Shown: positions 13,321-25,123 of the stretch, piece by piece
How the letters are laid out: each line of letters starts with the position of its first letter
Position numbering within the stretch: position 1 is the first letter of the stretch
Origin: Cycas panzhihuaensis
Lineage: Eukaryota > Plantae > Cycadophyta
Assembly (NCBI GenBank): GCA_023213395.1
Contig: CM041465.1
Coordinates: forward strand, 203,181,741-203,245,740
Direction of reading: 5' to 3'
DNA: 64,000 nucleotides
Translations under genes and position numbers: made by a program
The notes under the pieces: generated by a model
The model's input: the letters and a program-made list of their open reading frames with translations, nothing else
Told to the model about the DNA's origin: nothing
Databases searched by the model: none

Positions 13321-14084
13321 ATGAAGAAGTAGAAGAGATGATAGAAGTATGTGCCAGTGACACATGTGACTAGTACACCTTACACAGTAGGGATGTAGAA
13401 ATAATTGTTATGATGAGAAGCAAGCAATGATTAACTATTTTTCAACAATTAAAAATATATATATATAAGTAATGATGCAAGAATGAGGCCTAATGTAGAG
13501 CTGGCAAAGAGTGGTGATGTGTCATGCCACTAACCTCTCACTTATGTTCAAATGTAGGTGAGGTTTCGATGCCTAAAGCTTCTAGTATACGATTAGGGCC
13601 TTCACTCGCGATACCCGCACCTATGCTTGGTGATGAAATCCAAGTCACAGTGGAGCCCAGGTACTCCCAGTCCTCACCCAGTTCACCAATGAGTAGCTAT
13701 ATACCTCCTCTGAAGAGTTAAACGGTACTGCGTATCCCATGGCTATGACAGATATTGGACCAGGTTAATTTTAATCTTGCATTAAGGTTTTCAGTTTTCT
13801 CGGGTGGTTATCAGGATTATCCCTGATTGGAGGCCGTAGGTATGACTAACCTGTCCCTCCACCACTATTCCGGTTAAGACCAGACCCAGTATGAAACTCA
13901 CACCTCCCTTAAGGCCCAGATTTCGGCCAACCTTAGTCTATTTCAACCAAGGTAAGTGTGTGCACAAGTCAAGAACTGGTGGTATAGATCATATGGATGA
14001 GATTCCTTTTAGGAATAGTGTAAGATGTTTCCGTATAACTAAAAACTGAAATAGAAACTTGCCAAATGCGCTTGCTTGCTTTTC

Positions 14085-14180
14085 GTGTTTGCTTTATTGT
14101 TGTTGTTGCTTTTGTAATGCTTTTTTATTGTTGCTGCTTTTGTGATTCCTTATTGTTGTTGCTACTTTGTGATGCTTTAT
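14085..14180. repeat. Degenerate ~28-bp tandem repeat (ttattgttgttgcttttgtgatgc) in the leader of B
   Basis: About three imperfect units are visible. Confidence 0.7.
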
Positions 14181-15316
14181 GCTATGTGTGTAAATAGAAA
14201 AGCATACTAGATTTAGCAGGGGAACTGGATGTTGCTTTCGATCTAAGGTTTCCCTTGCTTTAATACAATGTTTCTAAATATGATTTTGAAAGTTTTGATA
14301 CAAAATCCATAATAGGCTAAAAAGTGGATTAACTTTCCGCTAAAATGATGATTTTTCTAAATCTATATGCATACTATTTTGTCCTATTTTGTGATTTTCT
14401 TACAAAATTTACAAATAATGATAAATGGGCAAATTTTTAAAAATTACAAATATGAATGCCTAAATGATAAAATTTAAATTTATGACATAAGGAAAGAGTG
14501 TTCATAATATTATTTCTGATAGAGTTGTGAAGTTAGATTTCAAAAAAGGCACAAAAACTTTTCTACTCGAAAAAACACTAAAGTAAAATCATGCCAGATC
14601 AATTGTCTCAGAATCTGGACTTCAATATGTCAAAAGTTATATTTTAACATGTACATTAACTTTCCCTTCTACACCATCTACAAAATCTGCCAAAAAATTA
14701 CCTGAAATGCCCTTGCAAGGTCCTTTGTGGGGTTAAGAAGGCAAAATCAGCAATCGTGAGAAAACTGCATAGATCTCACTAACCGGTGGATGAATTTGAT
14801 GAGATTTATCTTAAAATTATCTTAATACATAAATGTACCAGATACCTTAATAAAACTTTCAGATCTTCAGCTTATAACTGAAGGATTTCATTAGGAAAAG
14901 TACTTTAAATCACTTATCTACAAAATTTACCCTTTTTTTCACAGCTAAAACTCGTTGTTGCAGGTTGAATCTAAAGTTACTCTAGAAGAAAAAAATGATC
15001 CTCTAGTGAAGGCGACCTTGCACGCCAAATTTAATCAAATTCTTAGATGGTTGAATTTTTATGAAAATTTAGGCCTTTAATGCTTCTGGGACTATTCTGG
15101 TAGCTGAACGGATTCAAAAACATGTATTCTTCACCTTTGAGTTTCTGGACATATGTACAAAGTAGCAACATACAAAATACTATAATTTTACACTCTCAAG
15201 ATGTTAAAAAAAAGGAATGCACTCTCAATACTTCACATTGAAGGTGAAAGAGAGGCAAAATGACTCCATGCAAGTGGAATGGAGTGAATAGATCCCCTTT
15301 TGGCTCTGATACCACA

Positions 15317-15628
15317 TGAAAGAAGGATGGATCTAGGAGATAAACCACTCACATGCACACAGTGGCAATGGAGAATGAAAAAGAAGATGAAATAAGATAT
15401 GAGAACAAGCTTGGAGGTGAGAATGAATAATGACTCCCTCCATGAGATTTCACCTTTTATTACTGAGGGTGAGCATTAGGGTTAGGATTTTCCTACCTAA
15501 TGACTTGAACCTAAAATTACATCTAAATACACATAAAGTACATTTCATTAAGAGATTAATGCTAATAATATATCCTAAGGTCACATAATTAATCTACACA
15601 AATGACCTTGATACATTAACCTCTTTCA
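15317..15628 (-). repeat. 5' LTR of Copia B
   Basis: TG...CA ends, adjacent PBS, followed by TSD TATCC. Confidence 0.96.
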
Positions 15629-18600
15629 TATCCAAGATCATTATATAGAAGAAATATTTGATAAAGGTAATGAAGAACTAGTTGAAATATATGAACAAAG
15701 TAAGATAAAATACATTTATAAACAATTTGAAGAAGAACTAATTGATATGAATAAATCATGTAAAATAGAATCTATTACGAAGCAATATGATGATGGATCA
15801 ACCATAAAATTAAAGTAACATTTCAAATTTAATAAGGTAATTCAAATGTTATTATACATTCTTTTATTACTTTTGGCAATTTTGTGGCTCATTTTGAATC
15901 TCTATTTCTTACGGATCTAAAGAATCCTACATTCCTTCCTTATTAAGAGCTCATAGTTGATATACATTCCTTTTATCATTATAATGTTTTCTTTCCTCTC
16001 ACAAAACCCCTATTCCCTTTCTCTTCTAATTTAGCTAGTATACATCATTTTTACTATACTTTATTTTCTTCCATCTCTTTATCTCTATCTTCCAAATTAT
16101 CTCTATTAATGCACATACATTTTATAATATGTATTTTATACCTTCTTATGAGGCATTCTCATGTATTCTCAGACCTTTAGGCCCTTGATATAGTCTTGTA
16201 GGTCATGCAACTTTAATTTATGTTCTTCTTATTGATTTAGGATTTTTTTGCCCTATAATTAGGGTTTATCCCTCCTCTATATTTAGCTTCTAATTACCAC
16301 TTGTATTCACGTGACTAAAGATTTAGGTTTTTAGGTGATTAGGGGCTAAAGGGTGGTTATCTACTTCCCAATGAGTCTTGCCTTATTTAGCTTACTAATT
16401 ATTTACATGTGTGTGTATGTGTGTGTATAATAAAAATGTAATTTCCTATTGGCTTTCATTTAAGGTTCTAATGATTCCTTTTTTTTATTATTTTCCATAG
16501 GCTAATCTAACAATGCATCAACCTATGATAATATAACTCATTTACTATGTGTTTACTAACATACTCTATTTACTGCATATTAGAGGAGAGAGAAAGAGTC
16601 AATGATAAATAAGAATGCATAAAGTAGAGCACATTAGAAGGATGTTAAGAACTGAAACTATAAAGATTGTTAGAGATTATCATGTATAAATTACAATACC
16701 TTCATGTATGTCATATTTCTTTCATATAGAAAATTAATATTCATGTTAATGTATGAATTATTTAACTATATCTAATCTCCCATCAATTTTGTCTACATCC
16801 CACTCCCTCTAATATCTCACATCCATCATATACTTAGAGGTATGCAACATCTTTAAGATCTATTATATTAGCCTTAGGCCATATGGGAATTTGAACCTTT
16901 CTTTACATTCATCCTTTTTCTATTCTCATGATACTTTCTAAAACTAATAGTGTCTTAATATTAGTTCCAAATTGGACAAGCCTTTAATATCTAAGTTGTA
17001 GTTGATAGATGATAAAAGTAGATGGAAATTGAATTTCTTATCTTTTGTTGTAGGTCATGGATAGCTCAATTCATATCACTCCCCCTCCTCCCCTTGCTTA
17101 TGGGGTCATAAGAAATAATAGTGCTGCGATGATTCCCTAACAAACCAGCAAAGTGCATGTTCATTATTCAAATAATTTTTGCTTTATAGCATCATTTCCA
17201 CTAAACTAATACCGTATAAGTTATGTGTCATGACTGCATGATTTCCTTCCAACCTACATGTAAATTCCCTAAGTATGTTAAAACCCATAAAGGCATTCTA
17301 AGCTTATCATTGCCCATTATATTGATAATAATATCCATTTTCATTATTTCTCTTATCGCCTTATCATGTTTTTTACTTTGTACCTTCTTTTTCTGAGGGT
17401 CCATTTCAAATAAAGTCAAGATTAATATGTTAATGACATCATTATATTTTGTTAAGACTCAAATACATCCCATAAAAACATATTTAGTATTAAAACATAA
17501 TCCCTCATTATTTTGTTTTGGTTCCAAGAATAGCTTTCCATGAGTAGATAATCTATATTAAATTGGATGGTAAGGAACTATAACAAATATGGATAAAATG
17601 ATACTACCTGAGTTTTAGTGTTGATTATCATTTTAACTCCATGAGAGCTCAAAAAGAGCAAGTTTTGATTTAATAAAAAGGTACTGTAGAGATATTTAAG
17701 AAGCCTGATATAATTATTAATTAGAAGAATGTAAGAATATTGTCACACAAAATTTGGATTCCTATTATCAACTACAAAGTTGTGTGGGTGGAAATATTCA
17801 AAAGACTTTATCATATAGTGAGAGGTCAATTAGTTCCTCATTAGAGATTAATTATAATTGAAATATTAATATGGCCCTCATGTAAAAGCTATGTGGAAAT
17901 AGATTCATGAAAACCTAGAAAGTTAAGATCATAATTTTCTCCATAATATGTTCATGATTGGGTTACAAGTGCTTCTAAATGGTTTTCATTATGTTATTTA
18001 TTTTGTTACAAGGAATATTCTATAGTTATAAGCAAAGAAAAATTAGTATAAAGAAAAAAAGTATTTTGAGAATAAAAGAAGATATGAAAATTTAATTTTA
18101 ATTGTTTTGATCTTATTGTTTTAATAGTAAGTCTTCCATATTTTTACATTGAATGAGTTTGCATTAAAAAAAGGATAAGGAGAATATGTGTTTATAAATA
18201 AAAGTCAAATTAGTCTCATCACTAATTGGAATGATTTAGTCCTATCAATTCAAAATTTGTTCCATAAATGAATCTAATGTTACATTAAAAAGGTGGGGCA
18301 TTGGTACATTATCACATTGTTACATTTTTAAGAAATTAATTTAGGGGGATTCAATTATAATTTTGCCTTCAAATAGCATTATCAAAACAATAATGAAATA
18401 AATTGGGGCATTTTATCTTAAAATTTTTTAAATAATTTTATTGCATTAAAAGGGGGGTTATACTTAGAGATTTTTATGAAAGATGAAAGCATTTAGTTAC
18501 ATTTTTCATTTGCATTTTAATAAGTCAAATGAAAGGCTAATTTTATTGTTGAAATTGAAATGATGTTACTACATTTAAAGAGGGTTTCCATCATGAAATT

Positions 18601-19130
18601 AAATTTTTTTTTTTTTAATATTTAAGAATTTTGATAAAAAAGATAAACGGATTCCAATAATACTATAATTTTTATTTTTATTTATTTCTAATGCATATTA
18701 AAAAAATAAAAAGATCTTCTTCAAGCATTACATATCTAATAAAAAAATTAAATAAAAGATAGTCAAGATCCACTTCACATATTGCTTAATTTCAACCTTC
18801 ATAAGGCCTCTTGTTTATCCCTTAGGATCAAACACTTGGCCACTTTTTTAACTTTTTAGGAGAAAACTTAGCCTCATACTAGTTGTTTTTTGGTGATTAT
18901 GTCAAAAAATTATGATATTTATTTGACCTGTTACTTTCCCCTAGCCCCTAAGGTACATTAAATTTGTCAGGTAAAATTTTGACCTTTTTCAAATACTAAA
19001 ATTTTACTAAAATAAGACTCTATGTGTAATATTAATAGGGTCCTTAGTGATCAATAACCTCAATAAGATAGGGATAAGCTTGCAGTAAGGGTGAAGACAT
19101 GTTAATACACCATACCTGCTAAAACATAAC

Positions 19131-19260
19131 CATAAAACCTCTACTTTTAAGTGGACTTGATTTGTCTTAGTGCTCTTAAAGTCCACCATACTACTAAATT
19201 TAACCATAAAAAACTTAATTTTCAAGTGGACCTAATAAGTCTCAATACTCCTAAAGTTTA
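19131..19260. repeat. Degenerate ~75-bp tandem duplication
   Basis: cataaaacctctacttttaagtggacttg...tcttaaagtc versus cataaaaaacttaattttcaagtggaccta...tcctaaagtt. Confidence 0.55.
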
Positions 19261-20184
19261 AGTAGGTTGACTCTATACTCACTCTCTAATATTAATTGTA
19301 AGATTGTGGTTGGTTGAGTGATCCCTTCAGAGGGACTATAATGAGCCTTATCTTACACCATCTAATATTATTTTAAATAAGCTCCAGACTCTAAGGTTTG
19401 CCCTAAATTTCATCAAGGTTGGGAAAGACATTCTAAAAAGGATTTAAGGTCACATTCTTAAGGAAGACCACTTAGAAATACTTATAATACTACTTAAGTA
19501 GCTCAAAAGCCTTAGGTTGGCCTCATTAACTTATTATAGTAAAACATTAATATGATAACATAATATCATTATTTTCTCTATAGTGAGCATGAGCTACACT
19601 TTTATTAAGAATTAGTTGGATTTGAATAAACCCTTAGTTTATAGATATTTGGGTGAAAATCATTAGCTAAATTTAGGCTACATGTACTTTTTCACTCACT
19701 AAACTTAATATATCCTTGAAAACATGTTAACTAATTTATAAACCCATTTTCCACTCAAGTATATAATCGAATTGGGGTGGGAAATTAATGAGAGATTTTT
19801 CAGTCAATATTTTTTGGTAACTATACTAGCGAATCAAACCATAGTCCCTTATTTAACATCATTTTGATTATTGTGACCTATTTGAATACTACATCAATGT
19901 CCCAAGATTCATATTAACTCCATTAGATTTTCATGTTGGCTTAGGGACTTATCACCTCTTCATCGTTTGATACTTAAAGATACTATTGTAAAGATAATTT
20001 GAAGAATGCTTAATGATTTACATTGATAAGAATGGACATACAAAGAGATCACCTTTGTATGAGTGACAAGTGTCCTTCATGCATATAATGGGGTTTATGA
20101 GATATTACCCTTAATTATTAGAAACTAGTCTTAAATTTACAACTTAGGAATAAATATTATTCCTAACACCTACCCATAATGTTA

Positions 20185-20940
20185 TTCCCTTGTCCTTAAT
20201 CTAATTTGTTCTATAAGGTATTGAAACTTTCATTTTCTAATTGGATTTGTAAATATGTCCTTCTTCACTCAAATAATATAATAACTCAATCTCCTTATAT
20301 TGAACTTTTTCTCTAATATAGTGATGATGGACTTTGATATGTTTAGTTTTGGCATCGAAGACTAGATTTTTGATCATTTTTATAATATAGTAGTTATCCA
20401 GAATATAGGAGGAGGGGATGATTAAGCCTAATTTAGTTCTTTTAACATCCTTTTGAACCATATAGTGGTTATTGTTGCTTTATATTTAGCTTTCCATTGA
20501 AGATAATATAATGGTTGGTTATTTCTTAGTATACAAAGAGATGGTACCACTACCTATATTAAAATAATACCATGTAGTTGATTTCTTATCATTGACTTGT
20601 CTAGCCTAGTCTAAATTAGTGTATCTAATTAACTTGACACCTTGGGCCTTAGAGTACTCTTAACTTAGATTTAAGGTACCTTTGATATACCTTAGAATTC
20701 TTTTAGTAGCTTTCTAATGTATTTGTTTGTGGGCTAATATGAAGTGGTATATTATTTTAGCAACATACATAACATTTGGTTTGGTGGTTGTTAAATAAAT
20801 CAGATTACCTATAAATTTCTTATATAGAGTTTTATTTACTAACTTGCCTCATTTATCTATACTGAGCTTGCTTCCTATCTCCATTGGTGTTGCTACTAAT
20901 TTACAACTCTCTATGCCAAATTCTTAAAAGAGATTATCAT
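20185..20940 (-). pseudogene. Copia C pol, RT C-terminus and RNase H
   Basis: LVATPMEIGSKL, YKKFIGNLIYLTTTKP, KRILRYIKGT, RKSTTCGI, VFDAKTKHIKVHHHYIREKV. Confidence 0.9.
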
Positions 20941-22759
20941 TGTTAGAGTGGCATTATATCCACTTATCAACTAATGTAAACATGGTAATATTGTGCAAAT
21001 ATTATGATATATTATTATGATGTAATATTAGGCCAATGGATGTAATACATTGTAATTATTTGAGCTATTTATGATTCTATAAATAGGGATGCATTTTATC
21101 CACTTACTAACTAATGTAAATGTGATGATATTGTGCAAATATTATGATGTATAATTATGATGTAATATTGGGTCAACAGATGTAATACATTGTCATTATT
21201 TGAGGCACTTATGGATCTATAAATAGGGATCCAAAATCCATTGTAACATTATGGTAGATTTATAAAAATGTAACTTTATATTTTTATGATGGGTTTTTCC
21301 CAAAAGGGTTTCCCATACTAAATCTATTATCCCCATGTGCTTCTTCTGTTCGTGTATATTATGTATATAAATGATCATGTCATCATATATATTTATTTGG
21401 TGTTTTCTAACATGGTATTAGAGTAGATTGTCATATATAAGTAGGTGAATCTTGGGTGATTTACTCAATCATTGGTTGCTAGGTAGTACTAGCTCAACCC
21501 TTGAGGATTGACTTATCCATGAAGGTGCAATGATCACATGTAGATTTTAATGTTTTCTATTATCTATTTTATAAGGATTTGATAGTCTTTAAAGGTGTGT
21601 AGAGAAGTAGAAGAGGTTGTTTTATTTTATACAAGTGTCTAGGTGTGAAGTGAAGGTTGGTGCTCCCTATTTCTGAATGTGTAGTCCCTGGTTATTTAGT
21701 TGCCAGTCATTAATGTCTCTTTTAAATCTAAGAATGTAGTGAAGCCATGATTTTAACTAAGTTTACAGTGAATGAAAGGCATTATTTACAAGAATAGATG
21801 TGTGATTATTAGTTGGTATTGAGTCTATTAGTAGATAGGGATAGACGTATCAATCTCATCTTATGTAGGAGAAAGATTAAAGGCAGATGATGTAGCCCTT
21901 TATTGCCACTGTTGAGGATTGTTAATACTAGAGATGCATATAACAGTGCATTGGAAAAGTGTTTAGCCTCTTATTTACACTTAGTGTTTTAGATGCATGA
22001 TTTATGTAGAGATACCTAGATTGAAGAGATCTTCATGTAAGTGAAGCTATACAGTTTGCAAGCCATTGAGTTGTAGGTTGCAGTTGTGGATGATGTAATT
22101 AGAGTCCACTGCAGAGAGAATACATATTATAGACACGTATGAAGATATATGTGTAATCAAACATATGCAGATCACTGCAAACAAATATATAGGATCACCA
22201 TTGGAGATGCAGGACGTAGGTTACACAAGTAGATTTCATAATAGAGACTTGTACATAAAACTGTAATATTTGTGGCTATTAAAAGGTATTTTCTTATCGC
22301 ATGTTATTAGTAATAATTAATCACTTATTTGATTTAATCATATGAAGTTCATCATTATGTGATTTGATTGCCATTGTGATATACAAATAGACTGTCAATG
22401 TATTAAATTATGCATATTTTATTTATTTCATCATGTTGAGATGGTATCTGCATTGAATATTTTAATTCTCCATGATAATATTTGATTACCATTCAATATT
22501 TTTATTTGTCATTAATATACATCACTTTTGATTAATATATATTAATCATCAATTAAAGTGTATTGATCGAATGGTATTTTATTATGGTTGGTGGCATTTG
22601 ATATCTTATTAAATTACTTTTTTTAATATAAATTAGGGCCTTTGATGTATTGATTGATTTATCAATATATTAAGTAGTTGTTTGATTTCAATTTCCCTTA
22701 ATCGCCATTCGATTGCCCTTGTTTTTTAATTAGTAGTCATATGATGTTTCGTGAAAGTG

Positions 22760-23130
22760 GCAATATGGGGCATATGACTTATTTTCAGGATTTTCTGATG
22801 GTGTATGAGGTGTGTATGAGGTAATGTTTTAATGGAAAAGTGGGTGATTAGACAATGGTATAATCTTATTATATCTAGTTACATGAGAGAGTTTGTTGGG
22901 CATGCTATTAATGCTAGTGGATTTTTATTGATTGATAAAAATGTGTGATTATTAGGTGAGATATCAATAATAGTGGGTTTTCAATGATTAATAAGAGGGC
23001 ATGATTCATGAGTGAGCTATCAATGTTAGTGTATATTCATTAATTAATAGAAGGAACATGTTATTAGGAGATACTAAGTTATAGGGCGAGTAAATGAGAT
23101 GGTGCGGTAATTGATCATTGCATATTATAA
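22760..23130. repeat. Degenerate ~55-bp tandem array inside D
   Basis: Recurring (c)atgtgatt..tag(g/a)tgag(c/a)tatcaat(g/a)..agtg units. Confidence 0.55.
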
Positions 23131-23449
23131 CAAGGTGTGATTTATTTTATAATAAATGGTGTTTTTATTCATTTAATCAATGATTTTTATATCAAATATA
23201 TGAGGTGAAGTGGTTCAGAATTTCTATTTTTTAGGCCTATTTGTATAAGTGGTTATTAGTTCTTAGTGGAGTGTTATATTTTGGAGTGTTACATAGGGTA
23301 TATAGCCTATCAAATGTCAGTTCAACATTTATGCATATAAATTTGATGATATATTTATGATAAAATTTGAAGTGATAATGGAAAGTTGTATGATGAAAAT
23401 TCCTTAAAATTAATTCTACCTTGATCATGGTATAAAACAAAGTAGTTTA

Positions 23450-24712
23450 TCCCATGTACCCATTATAAAATTATGTTGCAGATGAAGAATGGTAGCATGA
23501 TGCAAATGTAGAGGTGTTTGGTGTATGGTAAGATTTACCTCCTATGTTTTAGGTAGAATTTATTGTGATAGTAGTTTAATGGGATCCCTTTCTAAGGTTG
23601 TTTGTGGTATTACCCCAAGATTATATTGCACTAGTTAGAAACCCTCCATTAGATATTTCAGTACATTGACTGCACACATCTTAGATAAAGATTATAGCAG
23701 TGAGATCACAAGAGTTTGAAGTATATTTGTATGGAGTTTATAATCAAAACAAAGTTTATAAATTATGTGATTTATAGGAGAAATAATATTGTGATTAGTC
23801 TAGATGTCAATTTGGATGCATTAATGATGTATTATACTAAAATATCATGTAAAATATGTTTCATCCTTCATTTCTTCCCTTTCTAAGTTGTGGTTCAATA
23901 AGTATAGTGATTAATATGCCTAACACTATGTTTGAGATGGAATTTGGACCTAGTAAAAGAATTATATAAAAGAGCCATTACAAGAAGAGATATAGATCGT
24001 AATCATATATTTCATTATAGGCTAGGAGGACCATTGAGGACTTTAGTATAATAGTTGAAGATCTATAGGATGATTTAAGAACAAGGAATTACATGCTAGT
24101 CAAACTTATGATAGACATCAAAGATTCTAGTGAGAGGATATTTGTAATGGAGAGTCGTATTAGAGGAGGAGTGACATATGTGGGATTTGGTTTCCTTACC
24201 TCTCTCAATGAACTTGGTTACAAGTTAGAAAGACTTAATATATAAGATTTCATATAGAAAGAAGGAATTAGTTATGAGGAGACATTTAGACTAGTCTCTA
24301 TATTATTATCAATCTGATTAATCATTTTTTTAGTAGCTACATATAGTTGGGAGACACATCAAATGAATGAGACGTCAGCATTCCTTAATGGAGACTTGAA
24401 GAGGAGATATATATAGCTCAAGTGGCTCAACCTCTTGGTTTAGTAAAGGAAGAAGGCTAAGTACTATAGACTAAGTATTAATACAACAGGAGTTGTATGG
24501 TTATAGGGACTATTAGAGTTACTTCCAAAGAATCACACATATATAAGGTATAACACCATTACATCTAAGAGAAAATCAAATCAAAGAAGATGGAGGTTGA
24601 CTTTTATCTAAGTGAATATCAACTTAAGGACATGTTCACTAAGTTCTTACTGAAGATTACTCCATCAAGTCCGTGTAAATTTGGGATTTAGTGAGGTCAT
24701 CCTTGAGGGGGG
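23450..24712 (+). pseudogene. Patchwork of Copia pol fragments in D
   Basis: IFV...KVYKL...VISLDV (post-integrase); KEGISYEETF and WETHQMNETSAFLNGDL (RT); HHYI.EKI and QLKDMFTK (RNase H). Large intervening parts are missing and no gag was recognised. Confidence 0.75.
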
Positions 24713-25123
24713 ATTTATCAATAAGGATAAAGAGATAGACTAATCCCTAGGAAGACTTCAAGAACCCACATTTACATTAAGGGGAGATGTTAGAGTGGTA
24801 TTATATCCACTTATTGACTAATGTAAATGCAATAATATTATACAAATATTATGATGTATTATTATGATATAATATTAGGCAGATGGATGTAATGCCTTAT
24901 AATTATTTAAGGCACTTATAGATCTATAAATAGGGATCCAAAGTTAATTATAACATTACAATAGATTTATAAAAATATAACTCTATATTTTTATGGTGGA
25001 TATTTCCTGAAAGGGTTTCCTACATCAAATATGTTATTCTTGTGTGCTTATTTGTTTGTGTCTATTGTGTACATAAATAATCCTATCATCCTATCTATTT
25101 ATTTAGTGTTTTCTAATAGCCAT

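Larger units (their letters stand above)
9300..15628 (-). mobile_element. Ty1/Copia LTR retrotransposon B, youngest element in the window, lacking RT
   Basis: 312-bp LTRs at 9300-9611 and 15317-15628 with about 21 mismatches by eye (~93% identity). Exact TSD TATCC (9295-9299 / 15629-15633). Perfect tRNA-iMet PBS complement gctctgatacca at 15303-15314. PPT complement atcccccccttaa at 9612-9623. Confidence 0.96.
20941..25118 (+). mobile_element. Non-autonomous Copia-derived LTR element D, nested in the RT of C
   Basis: LTRs 20941-21412 (TG...CA) and 24788-25118. PBS tggtattagagt at 21413-21424 and PPT ttaaggggaga at 24777-24787. Degenerate TSD atcat/gccat. Interior carries only patchy pol fragments. 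Confidence 0.9.

Noticed and set aside
13524-13721. 65-aa + strand ORF in the B leader
   Set aside because: Short, antisense, and expected by chance in a GC-richer structured tract.
17150-17419. ORF 17228-17419 as a Gypsy RT thumb fragment (DPQK..KAI..AFMG)
   Set aside because: The motifs are scattered over several frames and too weak to support a call.
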